Source: Zygnema circumcarinatum SAG 698-1b
Lineage: Eukaryota > Plantae > Zygnematophyceae
Length of the DNA stretch: 64,000 nt
Reading direction: 5' to 3'
Assembly: GCA_037447605.1 (NCBI GenBank)
Contig: CM074811.1
Coordinates: 1,364,001-1,428,000 of the forward strand
Below, piece after piece: positions 10,837-22,660 of the stretch. Positions within the stretch are counted from its first letter, which is position 1; every line of letters starts with the position of its first letter. The position numbers were made by a program, and so were the translations under genes. The notes beneath the pieces were generated by a model. It did not search any database, was not told where the DNA came from, and saw nothing but the letters and a program-made list of their open reading frames with translations.

Positions 10837-13800
10837 TTACTTCATATATTCCCGGGCATCGTTTGCGACTACTTGCTCCAAAAACGAGACAAAGCCTGCT
10901 CCTCCGTGCCCCTCTATCTGCCCGTCCACATCTTGCTCCTCGATCAAAAATCTCTCAAAGGGCTCTGTGTTGTCACGCCCTCCTCTGATCATGAGGAGCC
11001 GTGGAGTGATGTTACGATCCTGCTTCAATCGGTTGATCGTGTTTCGTAGTAAAGCTGAGAATCCCAACAGGCCACAGTTAGGAAAACCAACATTAGAGAA
11101 ACAAAAAGCTACACAAACTGGAAGATGAGTCAAAATCTCATGTACACCTTTCATGTAGCAAATCAGTTTCAGAATGCTTCACCATCTCATTGTTTTTTTG
11201 AGAAGTTGTGTCTACAGCCACACCATGACGACGAAGTTTAAATTCAAGGCAGAACTTAGAAAGGAAGGAAGGAAGCAGTCAGAGTGTGGACTCACAGTTG
11301 TGAGGTGGGGGGAATGGAAGATCAGGAGGTGCTGCAGGTGAGTAGTAGACGATCAGCATAGTGAAAGCATCAAGGAGAAAAATGGGAGCTCCGCTTGTGA
11401 TCAAGGCAGCCCTACTGAGGGAGTGCCGCGGAAATGCAGGTTTGTCGGGAGAGGTGTAGGAGGACAGCATGGGGTAGACCGCTCGCAAAAGGCACGCCGG
11501 ATCAAGGCAGCTGCAAAAAAAATCCATCCCTCGGCACCCATATCAAGACAGAGAAGGATAGAGATGTAGCTTTGTCTGCATCACTACTCTCAATCTTTGC
11601 CACACATTGACTCCCTACTCCTCTTCCTCCTCCTCCTCCTCCTCCTCCTCTGTTTCCCACTCCTCCAGGTGGATGAAGTCGGAAAGGATCTAAACCTCAG
11701 GTTAGTTCAGTTTTTGGTTCAGAACGTCTCTGCCAAGATGGCTGCCAACAGTGAACTACCAAACTAAACAGGGCATTCTCCAGCTGCACTTCCATACCTG
11801 TAGAGGCACTGCAGGTATATCCGCATGTCGGGATGCACCCCTTCATGGTTGGTCCGCAGGAGAGGGCTTCGCAGCATAGAGAAGACGAGGCGAGGGAGAG
11901 GCTGCAGCTGAGGGCAGCGCACAAAGGCAACGTCGAGCTGCGGAACAGTACTGGGCTGCTCAAACTGTGCGAGTTTGAAGTGGTGGTTATACTGTGCGGT
12001 CAAAATGACTAACCAGTCCTGAAGTAGCAAGCGGCCCTCCTTCACTCCTTCCTCGAGAGTGGCCCTTATGACCTGCAGCACCGAAACGTTGCTTGGTCAG
12101 CACAGCCCACAACAGCAAGTGAAAAGTTTAGTTGTACAAGCATGGACTACCTCCATGTCTCCATGCATTATGTAGAAGTGAGAGCTTCTCACCTTTTGGG
12201 TCAGAACAGTGAGTATGGCCTCTGTATCAGCTGACTCGTATATCTCCTCAACATTTCGAGTTACAGGAATCTGCACTGTCCGTACCACCATTCTTCGACG
12301 GAGCACATAACCAACCTCCGCTTTCGATTCCTTAATACCATTAGTTGTCACAGATTCCTCTGCTCCTGACAGAGTTGAATCAGCTTGCCCATCTTCCTCT
12401 CCCTCCTCCTTATCAAGGGGTACAAGCACAGTGTACTGAAAGGCTAGCTGAAGCATCGGAAGTGAATCCGACTGTCTACTAAAACCGCTGTTGCTGGTGA
12501 ATTCAAAATCAAAAGCGTATGTGTCGAAAGAATCGCAGGAGATGATGTGGTAAAGATTCTCATACTGAACGTCGGGGAAAAAGTGGCCATAAGCTCTAAC
12601 GAGTTGAAAGTCTGGGGAGCATCGAAGTCGCAGAATTCCTCCCAAAGCATGGGGCCGACTGAGCATTCGGTATATGTCCTGAGGAAGAGTTGCCTCTTCT
12701 GCACTCGAGTACAGAAAAAGGGCCCCCCCAGACTCTACGCTTAAGAATTTTAGTGATGCAAGATCTACATATTCGTTTGTTACCACATAAAGGTCCACAC
12801 ATACACCCGCCTGAACAGCTGCAGCTGCCACCTCCTTATAGAAATCTGTCTGTTCAACGAGTAGGCCAGCTGGCTCGCTCTCATTGGTGCTGGAAGGCTG
12901 ACTGTACCGGCTTGTATCCAACTTCCCTATTCCCATAGTGGGTGGTCCTGAAATGAATGCAAACAGACGCGCACTCACAAAGCTACCGCCTTCATCGGCA
13001 CCGAAATAACGCAAAATGGCATCCATGGCAACTCCAAATCCTCGTCTACCGGCACCTTCTGAATGCTCCAAACCATTCGCCCCTTCAACTGGGGCAGTCC
13101 CGTTGGAACTATCCAATTGGGTGGTGGGCCTAAGCGTTTCCAGGGCTGCAGTAATGTGGTCCTTGTGTTTGTCAACTGGGGCGAGAAAGGCCTGCAGGAA
13201 AACACAGAAAGGAGTTCAAGATGGTTTGGTTTTTGGTAGGCAAGATCGCCTATTTTTATAAAGAGGCAGCACCTCTATTAGCAAGTATATGCAACGGCAA
13301 GGGGAGGCCTTTATTTGAAGTGTTATGAGAAAAGCTGATGATCACATGCAAGCTTTTGGTCAAATGTTTGCAATCTGTCATGTTGGAGGACGGAGCTTTA
13401 AACTTGCACTCAGTATGCCCTGTGCATAACATTACCTTTGGCTGCACACGACCTGACAGTTTATGCTGATGTTCACATGAAAGTCATGCGCAGAATTTAA
13501 GGCGAACTCCAACTCTAGTTTAATTTGATGCATAAGTGACAGTTGCTCTGATTTATAATAATCCCTAATTAAGCTTCAGTCGAACCATGGCTGAAGACTC
13601 GTCCACATGATAAGTGATGATACCCTTTCAGTAACTCTGCCATCGTGAATGGTCAGGATTTGTCTTAAAAAACCGAGAACGGAAACTTGAACTAAAGATC
13701 TCTTCTTCAAATGCAGGTATACTTCCTTGACCAGTTTTCAGACGTCAAGTCACGTTACAGGGTTTCGCGCTTGGGCCAGAATGGCCTACCTCTTGAATGC

Positions 13801-15220
13801 TTTTTTTACCTACAACTCACGTGCCTTAATATGTCAGGCTTCCTACAAGATAAAATAGGCTCCACTACAAAAGGAAAACTTTAGAGTATCCTCTCTAAAC
13901 TGAAGTTCATATTTGCCGCACAACTTTTGAACAATTTCCGACAACTCGCCTTAGCATATATCAATGCTTGGACATTATTAGGTTCAATTGTGACTCACCT
14001 CCATTGACATAACCTCCTCAAGGTCCAGTGGAAGACGCGCATCTTTACCCGTCGGAATGGTGACATACTTCACCACAGGAACACCACCTTGCAAGTCATA
14101 AAGTCCGACCTGCATTCCATATCTCCACCGATGAAGCCCAAATTGAACACAGTCAGACCAGGGGAATATAAACAAACCAAGCATGATATTTTCGAATTTT
14201 TAATCACTCACAGCTAGAGTTATCTTCTGAATCGTAAAGGTTCCTAACTTTCGTGTTTATTGGGTATAACGGATGTCTAAAAAATAATCTCCACATTAAC
14301 GACTAGGAACCACGTATCTCTTGCTATTTTCGAATCAATCAATGAAAGGATTGTCCAAAACATGACGTTCTTCATGCCTCAACTAAGGGACGAAGGGTTT
14401 TCTGGTTGACTTGAATGGTGCTGACTTGAATAGAAATGTTAGAGATGGCGACAGAAATCCTGCAGAACATAGAATGGACAACTTGGAAGTATCCCGCACA
14501 CATCAGGCATTGCTATGCAGATCCATGCAATTGCATCGACCGCATTTTCACTATGATTCACTTGTCTCTTCATCAAAATAAAACGAAAGGTGATACTGAA
14601 AATACGATTGGCTACTTCTGAAGCCCCCCCCGATAACTCCCTAACTGAAGGAGTTTCTGCAGAAAAATCTCCCACCATGTTCACACCTTGTGCCCAAAAG
14701 TAAGCAGTCCAAAAAGCGCGGTGGGATGCAGCGCCTCAAGAGCTGCCAGAAGCGCGCTCTTCACAAGCTCTAGAAACTCCTCCGAACTTGCTAAGTCCAC
14801 AGCTGCCACATACACCGGCCTTCTATACAAGTCGCCGCCCTCCCCCCCCACCCTCCCTCCATCCCCTCCCTCTTCCTCCACAGCCACATCCAGCTCCACC
14901 ATGGTGCTTGCGAGCTCTGGAAGCTCCGCCAGGCGAGCCCTATTTCCATACCGTTGGTAGTTGTAATCTGCAAAGGAGTTCACCGCCTCACAGAGCGAAC
15001 AGCGCCAACTGTACCGCTCCAGCGTACAGTATGCGTTGATGTATCCGTAGCACTCTTCACAGCGTGCCACTTCGTCTGCATGTGGCAATGGTGCAGCGGA
15101 TTGGAGCGAAGAGCTGCCTTCAAGGGAGAAAGGCTGCACCACGCACGCCCAGGGAAGCCCGCAGCTGTCTCTTAAGGCCGGAGTCTTGGGAAACTTCCCT
15201 GTGGTGAAACGGATAGACAT
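10837..15220 (-). CDS. SEC23D: COPII coat Sec23/Sec24-family protein, SEC23D-like (At2g27460 type)
   Basis: Six exons with GT-AG borders: 14687-15220, 13999-14109, 12193-13191, 11798-12072, 11296-11510, 10837-11054. Zn finger RCEECYGYINAYC...WRCSLC; trunk RPVYVAAVDLASSEEFLELVKSALLAALEAL; C-terminus FLIEEQDVDG...GFVSFL...EYMK. Confidence 0.93.
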
Positions 15221-16023
15221 GGCTGCACGAACCCTAAAATCGATGAGAGACCCAACGACAGAATGCGAGGATGCGCGTCTCGGATCTGCTCCTTTCAGAT
15301 CTGATCAGCACCCGAGGCGGGCAAAGGCGTTGGCTCTGAGGAGAAGTGAGAGAGCGGCGAGGGAGAGGGAGAAGGAGAGAGAGGCGATGGAAGAGGGCCC
15401 GCCATGGCCTTCAGAGAGAGCCGTCTCCGGGAGGGCAGGGAGAGGGGGTGGCCTTGGGGGAAGGGTCCGACGTGGCGGACCGCAAAATTCGGACCCAATG
15501 GCAGCCGTTCTTGACACATACGGTGTGCCACGTGGCACGTTGCTGGAGCCGGAAGTCGCCACGTGGCGCCCAACGGTCGGTTTGGTGGCGGCTCCTCCAA
15601 ACGGGCGGTGGGCCCCGCACGACTTTGCGACCTGGCGAATGTTATGACGTCATTAACAGCTGATATCTCGTCATTTTTCGTACCATAGATGGTACAGGCC
15701 GTGCGGTACGGCAGGGCGTGCGGTACGGCAGCAAAGTACCGCCGTTAGGGTTTGCATGGGGAAGGGAAGGAGAGAGGGGTAGAGGGGGAGAGAGAGGGAG
15801 ATAGGGGTGAGAGAGAGAGGGAGACAGGGGTGAGAGAGAGAGGGAGGGAGAGGGAGAGAGGGCGGGGTGAGAGAGGGAAGGGCGAGAAGGTGGAGTGCGC
15901 CACGGGGCTGGGATTGAGCTGGTGGCCAGCGTGCCCTGCGGCTGCAGACAGCTGAGAGGAACCTTTAAGGTTCCATTACTCGTAGGCGGCGAAGCCGTCG
16001 CTTCCAGCAGCATTGCAATAGCC
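15221..16023. promoter_or_regulatory. Bidirectional promoter between SEC23D and DUF819
   Basis: Two palindromic G-boxes GCCACGTGGC (15527, 15558), five GTAC cores (15680-15739), telo-box TAGGGTTT (~15746) and GA-rich leaders pointing in both directions. Confidence 0.7.
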
Positions 16024-18749
16024 ATGGAGGCCGTGTCGCCCACCAGCGGCTGGTTTGAAACTTCTTTGCCGAGAGGTGCTGCCACTATGGCTGAATCGAC
16101 GCAATTTCATCCATGGCGATGGCAGGACTGCACCAAGCGTCAGTCTGTAAGGAGTGGCAGCTGGCAGCTCCTGCCCAGCTCCAGGCTCTCTGCAAGACTA
16201 CTTCTGACACGCACAAATGGAGAACTATTGGGAAGCACTAGGTGGCAGACAAGCAGGGTGCGGCCGGCAGGAACTCGTAGCTTGGAAACGAGAGCGTTGT
16301 TTTCTGGAGCAGGAACGGGGCCGTTGATTCCAGCAAGTGACACGTGGGGCATATGGACAGTGCTGCTTGCTTGCGCTGCTGGAGGATTTTGGTGAGGGCT
16401 GGCTCCCAAGGTCCTACATTTTTATAAATCTTTAGTCTTTTGGTTAGTCCATGTATTCCTATCTTTCACGTGTCGCATAGCTTTTCCTGTAGAAGCAGTG
16501 TTACCCCTTTTTTTCCAAAGGAGAAACTGTCCACGACTGCATCAGGACTTCAATGATGATGACCTGATAGATAAGGCTGCTATACCTCACAGCATTGGCA
16601 GCTATAGCAGTTATCTGGTGCAGGGTTTGGTGGGTCCCACCAGGTCGGAAAAAACAGAGATTGGAAAGCGGCTGAGTGGACCTCTGGTGGCAACTCTGCT
16701 GGGCCTTGTTGCGAGCAATGGAGGCATCATCCCTTGCGAGGCACCTGCCTTTTTGGCGGTCAATATGTACCTCATGCCTTTGGCTGTGCCGCTTCTCCTC
16801 TTCGGAGCAGACTTGCGGAGAGTGCTCCGGGACTCAGGACGCCTTCTTTTGGCGTTTCTGTTAGGGGCAGGTGTGTTTCTTAGCCATTACGAATCATATC
16901 TGCATTTTGCTCATTCTGCTGCCCGCATTACCATGTTCTACCCGTTTTTTAAAGCTACGGTATTTGAAACCGTGTTATGGACACAGTTTCATTCAATTGC
17001 TAATAAGGTTGTTATAAACGAATATGCTGCTCTATGACTGAATGCGCTTTAAAAAGATGTTTAAGCCTTCACAATCCTCTCGAGCCGTTGAGCCATTTCA
17101 ATTTATCAAAGCCCTCCAATCCTCTCTATTGCAAACATGTCACTGCAATGGAAGAAGGTTGCACTTATAGAATGAAGGCAGTTAACGGCTTGCGCGTAGC
17201 TAGCTAAGTTTTTATCCAACCTGGAGAATCCCTTCCCCTCTAGCAAGTGAGACATTCCCTCAAAATGGGTGATGCAGGCGGGACTATTATTGGGACACTT
17301 GTTGCCCTCAAATTCCTGCCTTTGCGGTCGCTTGGAGAGGATGGATGGAAGATTGCAGCGGCTCTCATGAGTCGTCACATTGGTGGAGGTGTGGACAACA
17401 GCTTCCTTCTTTCATTCATTTTGCCCCGTACTAGGCAGCGCTCTATGTGACAAAGTTCAGTAATTTGTAATGTAGACGGCTGGTCAGAGTCCTCCCTTGA
17501 GCAAATCCTCAGCGAATCTTCTTTTTTTGCCCCATCACTCTTTTAATCTGCAATCTATGGGCTAAGTTTGACCGCTTGTAAGGAGAAGTTCTTTCATCTT
17601 TGCGTCTCACTTTTTCCAGCATTGGGCTGATGGATAGTCTGCTTGTGTTCTGCAGCTGTTAACTATGTGGCAGTCTCAGAGGCGCTGGGAGTTTCGTCAT
17701 CTGTAGTTACAGCAGGACTTGCAGCAGACAATCTCATTTGCGCCATTTATTTCACTTCACTCTTCGCTTTGGCATCAGGGATTCCACCAGACCCTCCTAA
17801 TGCTACCAGCAGCCAATCAGGTGAGGAACCTCTTTATTGCCAGCTTACATTTCTGTTCATGAGCATTAAGCGTGGTCTCTGTCTCAACTTGAGCAGTTCT
17901 ATGGAACAAACTGAGACTTTCATTTGTATTCAGTTCTTTGCTCCTCTTTTCGCCAACTCGGAGTCGAGTGAGATTTCTGCGTCTCTCAAATCTGAAGACA
18001 CATTTTCTTTCTGCTCCTTTCTTTTGCTTACAGGGGACATCCCTCAGATGGAAGATAGCCGTGCAGCAATTGGAGTTCTTGAGACCTCAACAGCCCTCGC
18101 CCTCTCAGCCGCTCTCTGCACACTCGGTGCATCTCTGGCCAAAGCAGTTTCCTTTCGAGGAGGGATGATTCCCTGCACGACTTTTCTGGTGGTGTTGATG
18201 GCGACTCTCTTTCCTTCCTGGGTGGGAGGCTTGGCAGCTTCTGGAGAAGGGATGGCAGCCATTCTCATGCAGGTATGTGGGACTTCACATTGCATGAAGT
18301 GGGTCAGAGAGGAGGAGAGAGGGACATTTGTTCAGGGCCATGTATTTGCCATTTTTTATTTGTTTAAGTTGTCTGTGTTTCCCCTTCCTAATGTTAAGCC
18401 AGATGTTGCCTTCTTGCAGATATTCTTTGCCTCGGTAGGAGCCAACGGGAGTGTAGATTACGTCATCCGCACGGCTCCCGCCCTTTTCATCTTCAGCTTT
18501 ATCCAAATAGCCGTTCACTTAGCTCTCATACTCGGAGTTGGACGAATTTTAGGGTTCGAGAGAAGGGAGCTTCTCTTGGCTTCAAATGCCAACGTAGGCG
18601 GGCCAACAACGGGAGCAGGCATGGCGACTGCCAAGGGTTGGCGAACTCTCTTAGTTCCGACTATCCTTGTGGGTATATTTGGGTATAGCATAGCCACATT
18701 TTTGTCCATAGTGTTGGGCCAATCCGTGCTGAGGAAAATGACATGGTAA
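16024..18749 (+). CDS. DUF819-family multi-pass membrane protein with an N-terminal transit-peptide-like extension
   Basis: Exons 16024-16391, 16644-16870, 17278-17388, 17656-17820, 18034-18272, 18420-18749. Motifs PLAVPLLLFGADLRRV, WKIAAALMSRHIGGAVNYVAVS, LLLASNANVGGPTTGAGMATAKGW. Confidence 0.93.
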
Positions 18750-18986
18750 TCTCGGCTTGCACATTCGTTAACAATGGAAAGGCGCTTTTTTAGTTTATCC
18801 GTAACTTTATTCAGATTGTGACTTGAGCCTGCTGACATTATGCCATTGAATACTATCAGGCCGCAGTTAAAATCATGTTACCCCTTTAGGAATCTCCCTC
18901 AGTGACAATGCGGTCAAAATCAATTGCAGAACAGTCCCTCCTACATAAGAATTTCCTACAAAACTTGAAAATCCAACTCTACTCTC

Positions 18987-21091
18987 CTAAAATATCTTCT
19001 GCAGCAGCTTCAGCAGTCTCCTCCTGGTCGGCCTCCACCAGTCAATGAAATCCTCAGAGGTCCTCACTGCCCACTCCTCTAACAACGCCACTCTCCTCTT
19101 CGCTATCTGCACCGCCTGCTCCTTTGCATCTAGAGCTAGCTGCCCACTTTCTACATACTTCACCAAAGAATCCTTCTTTCCGGAAGTCAACAGCAGAAGC
19201 TGCTGTCCCTTCTCTTCGAGCTCTGCCCTTTTGGCCGAAGAGAGAGCTCTCGCATCCTCAGCTAACTTCCCGGTCTGTGCATATTCATAAAGCTCAGCAC
19301 TCTTACTGGCTAGCAGGAGACTCGTTTGTGCTGTGACAGTAATGGCACGCCTGCTTCCACGTAGGATTGTAATACTCAGCCACACCGTGAAGCTGAGAAA
19401 GAAGGGCCCCAAAAGCCACAAGGGAGCGAGATCGCCTACCACTGCTGATCCAAATCTTAATCGCAGAAAAAGAAAAAGTGGAATGCTGCAGAGGGAGAGA
19501 TGGCAACCACATGTAGTCAGCCAAAAAAGTGCTTGCAGTCTGTGAGAGGCATCTCAGTACGAGGCAAAACGATCGGGAATGAATTCAGTTTGCTGGGTGA
19601 ACTGTTCTTCCTAATCATTTTCCAAAAGCATCATCACTTTCATTGATTCTTTAATATCGCTATATTGAAGTTCTGCCTCCCAAAAATCTTCACTTCAGTT
19701 ACTTCTTTATCGGTTTCAATTAACGGAAAGCGTCAACAACAACAAGAGAGCAGGTTTAGGAATGAAAATCAAACTTACAATACAGCCACTGGCCACTTGT
19801 ACCAGGGGGCAGTTGATTTCCACCACGATCGAATTCTCTCATCGCATAAATTCCAAACATCTGCTGACAACTGCTTGATATCCAAATTTTGAAGCGTTTC
19901 TTGGGTACTTTGTAATCTGCCAGATGCTTCTAGTTTGAGCTTGCCCATGACATCTGCAGCTGTTCCAGTCATTTTTTTTAACTGCAGTTTCTCTTCCTCG
20001 CCTGCATCCTCAATCCTTTCTTCACGGTTCAACGCGCTTGAAAGAGAATTTCCACCGCTCAACGAAGAATAAGCCCCCCCATGGGAGTGAGTTCTGATAA
20101 TGCGCTGAGGTTGCAAACAATTACGCCGCCTCCGCTGTACAGTATGGAACTCCCATTGCTGCCTGTCTAGGCACCTCTCACTGATCGAAACAAACCAGCA
20201 AAATGCTCAAGTAAGGCCGAAATAGCGATGGAATCCTTTCACCCTCTCACTGCTAAAAATGGAGAAACTTGCTTCCTTTAAGCTTCAAGAAGACAAGAAC
20301 ATCGGCTGTTATTATCTTAAGTAAACACAGTGCCATTTCCTTCACAAGTTTTCCCAGCATTGTTGGAAAAGCTCAGGAGACCAAGGCAAACCTAACTTCG
20401 GATTGTCTTATTGATCGAAAATGAAGTGAGCATAGACACTCCAAAACGCATGAGGAAAATCACATGGGTTTCGACTCAACTCTAAACAAGCAAGCAAACG
20501 TATTGGTAAAATTAATATATTCACATACAACAGCCCGAGCCCAAATCCCAACCTTTCCGCATTCACGCCTCGGAGCAGAAGTACCTGCTATTCATGAAGC
20601 AGTCGCACCTCTTCTGGAAAGACGCCTTGCAGCCTCACTCTAACAACCACAGTATGGGGCGAGCACCAGCATACTGGAGCTCCAATCTTTGCCAGGAGTA
20701 ATGTTAATGGGACTTTTAACGTTATTTTGAGTCAAATTAGGTCAAAGCTCTTACAGCGAGTGTGCAGTTTGTTCCACTGCTGGTCGTGCAGAACGAGCCT
20801 CTGCCCTAAGCAGCCTGGATTGTCCTCCAACATGAGAATATGCATTTCTGCAAGGCTGTAACATGCCAGAAACATGGTACAGGAAGGACGGGTTAAGCCA
20901 GAGAATACGGAGTATGGCCTCAAACTCATATTGTAATGAAAACCCTAATTTCCAGAAAATTCAGACCCCTCCAGCCGTCTCCCTCCTAAATACAGTAAAG
21001 ACCCTAAAATCGCAATAGAGGCGCAGGTTCAGTGCGATTATCAGCCACTCACAACTACAACAAGAGCCCCTCCAGCGCTCAGAGTTGCCAT
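18987..21091 (-). CDS. Plant-specific membrane protein resembling EMB2759 (At5g63050) family; likely plastid-targeted
   Basis: Last two exons (18987-19485; 19779-~20110) splice to ...WYKWPVAVFIPLFLFLRLRFGSAVVGDLAPLWLLGPFF...YEYAQTGKLAEDARA..., matching my recollection of this family. Short first exon MATLSAGGALVVV (21053-21091, donor GTGAGT). Middle exons only partly resolved. Confidence 0.6.
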
Positions 21092-22660
21092 GGAAGCTGC
21101 AAACGACGACACCAGGAACCTCCCCGCAAGAAACTCCGCCAGATGAAGGCCCTCCTTGTCCTAGCTCCTTCTCCTCCAAAACTTCATTTCCTCAAGGAAG
21201 CGCTGCCCTCGAGCCGAGGGACTTCAAGGCGGGCTCGGCCGCCATGGCCTCTTCCGCCATTCATTCTTCCACAGCTGGACCTGTTGCCACCTTCCGAACT
21301 TACGGAATTTTTCGGATAAAGGCGGGTTTCCTAGCTGTCCAAAATGGACGGTCAGATGCTGTCGATATTGATCCGACGGTAAATATTTACTTAATCCTAC
21401 GGCTGACGTTGATGGAATGTCAGAAGGGCTGACATCTATGTTACTGTATGGGTAAACATCCGATTTTTCCTACAGTTGACGTCTACTTCAGCTTTAGATG
21501 ACGTCATTTACATCGGACGGTTCACGTTCATCGCATTCTACGGCTGCATGTCCGTTAAATCGCCGGCGGGTTTTCTCCTGATGAGAGAGAGCCGAGCCAC
21601 ATGGCGCCCCGCGAGGCCATTCCGTCGCCTCTCATGGCTGCCTCGCCTCCACGCCCCTTCAACCCGCCATGGCCCCATGGGCCACTCGTGTTGGAGGCCA
21701 TCCCACTGGCCTTCCGCCCTCTCCCTCTACGCAACGTGCCTCAAATCGGTTACCTTCACGGCTGCTTTTAGAGCCAGTTGTTAGGCCTAGAAGCAGAGTT
21801 CCGCTCATAGTTTTTATTTCGTTCTTAAGTCATTTGTTGCCGGTTCCTCTTGGTTCTACATGTTTTTGTCCGAGTACATTTGATGGCATCGCCATTGTGA
21901 GATGAATGTCAGATCCATCCATTATTCGATCCTATGGCTGACAATTGCTGGTACTTCTGATGTTCACCATATTCCATCGTACGGCAACTCTGACAGAATG
22001 GTCCTTTGCGATGTTGGTTGAAACCCCAGCCCATTTCTCTTGCTGTCCATTCGACCATATGCAAATGGGAAAAAAAGATGGGTTTTAAGGCTTTTTAGGG
22101 ATTGTTTAGACAATCCGACAATCGTCATTCTTGGTTCGAATTACTGAACGTTTTTTGTTACCTTGTTGACACGCAAGGGACAAGCCACCGGACCGTTCAG
22201 TTCGTACAAGGTGATTTCGGCTGTTGCGATGTCCGAGCTAGAAAACATGGCCAGACGCATACTCGTACTAATCGATCCTTAACGAAAACCATCCTTAAAG
22301 TAAATTATGACTTCGGTGAAATCCATAACAAGGGCACTTCGCAAGGACACTTTTCAGAGAGAAAACCCTCCCTTAGCGTTGCACCTCTTTTCCCCTCTCC
22401 TCCATAGCTTCCCTTGTTGCAAAACCAGGGCTTCTTATCGGGGACAAGCCCCGACCTAAATATAGGATTCCGACACTTGATACATATGACTTGAGGTCCT
22501 ATTCTATGCTTGAAAGTTGCTGCGTTGTAAGTACATTGCACCTAGTCCGTTTCAGAAGGAAGGCTCCTCAACAGCTAGATAAGGCTGACTCCCTCAGAAG
22601 TAACAGAGTCTACCCTATTCTTTTCACTTCTGGCAGAGAAGCAGAGAGTACCTTTGGAAC

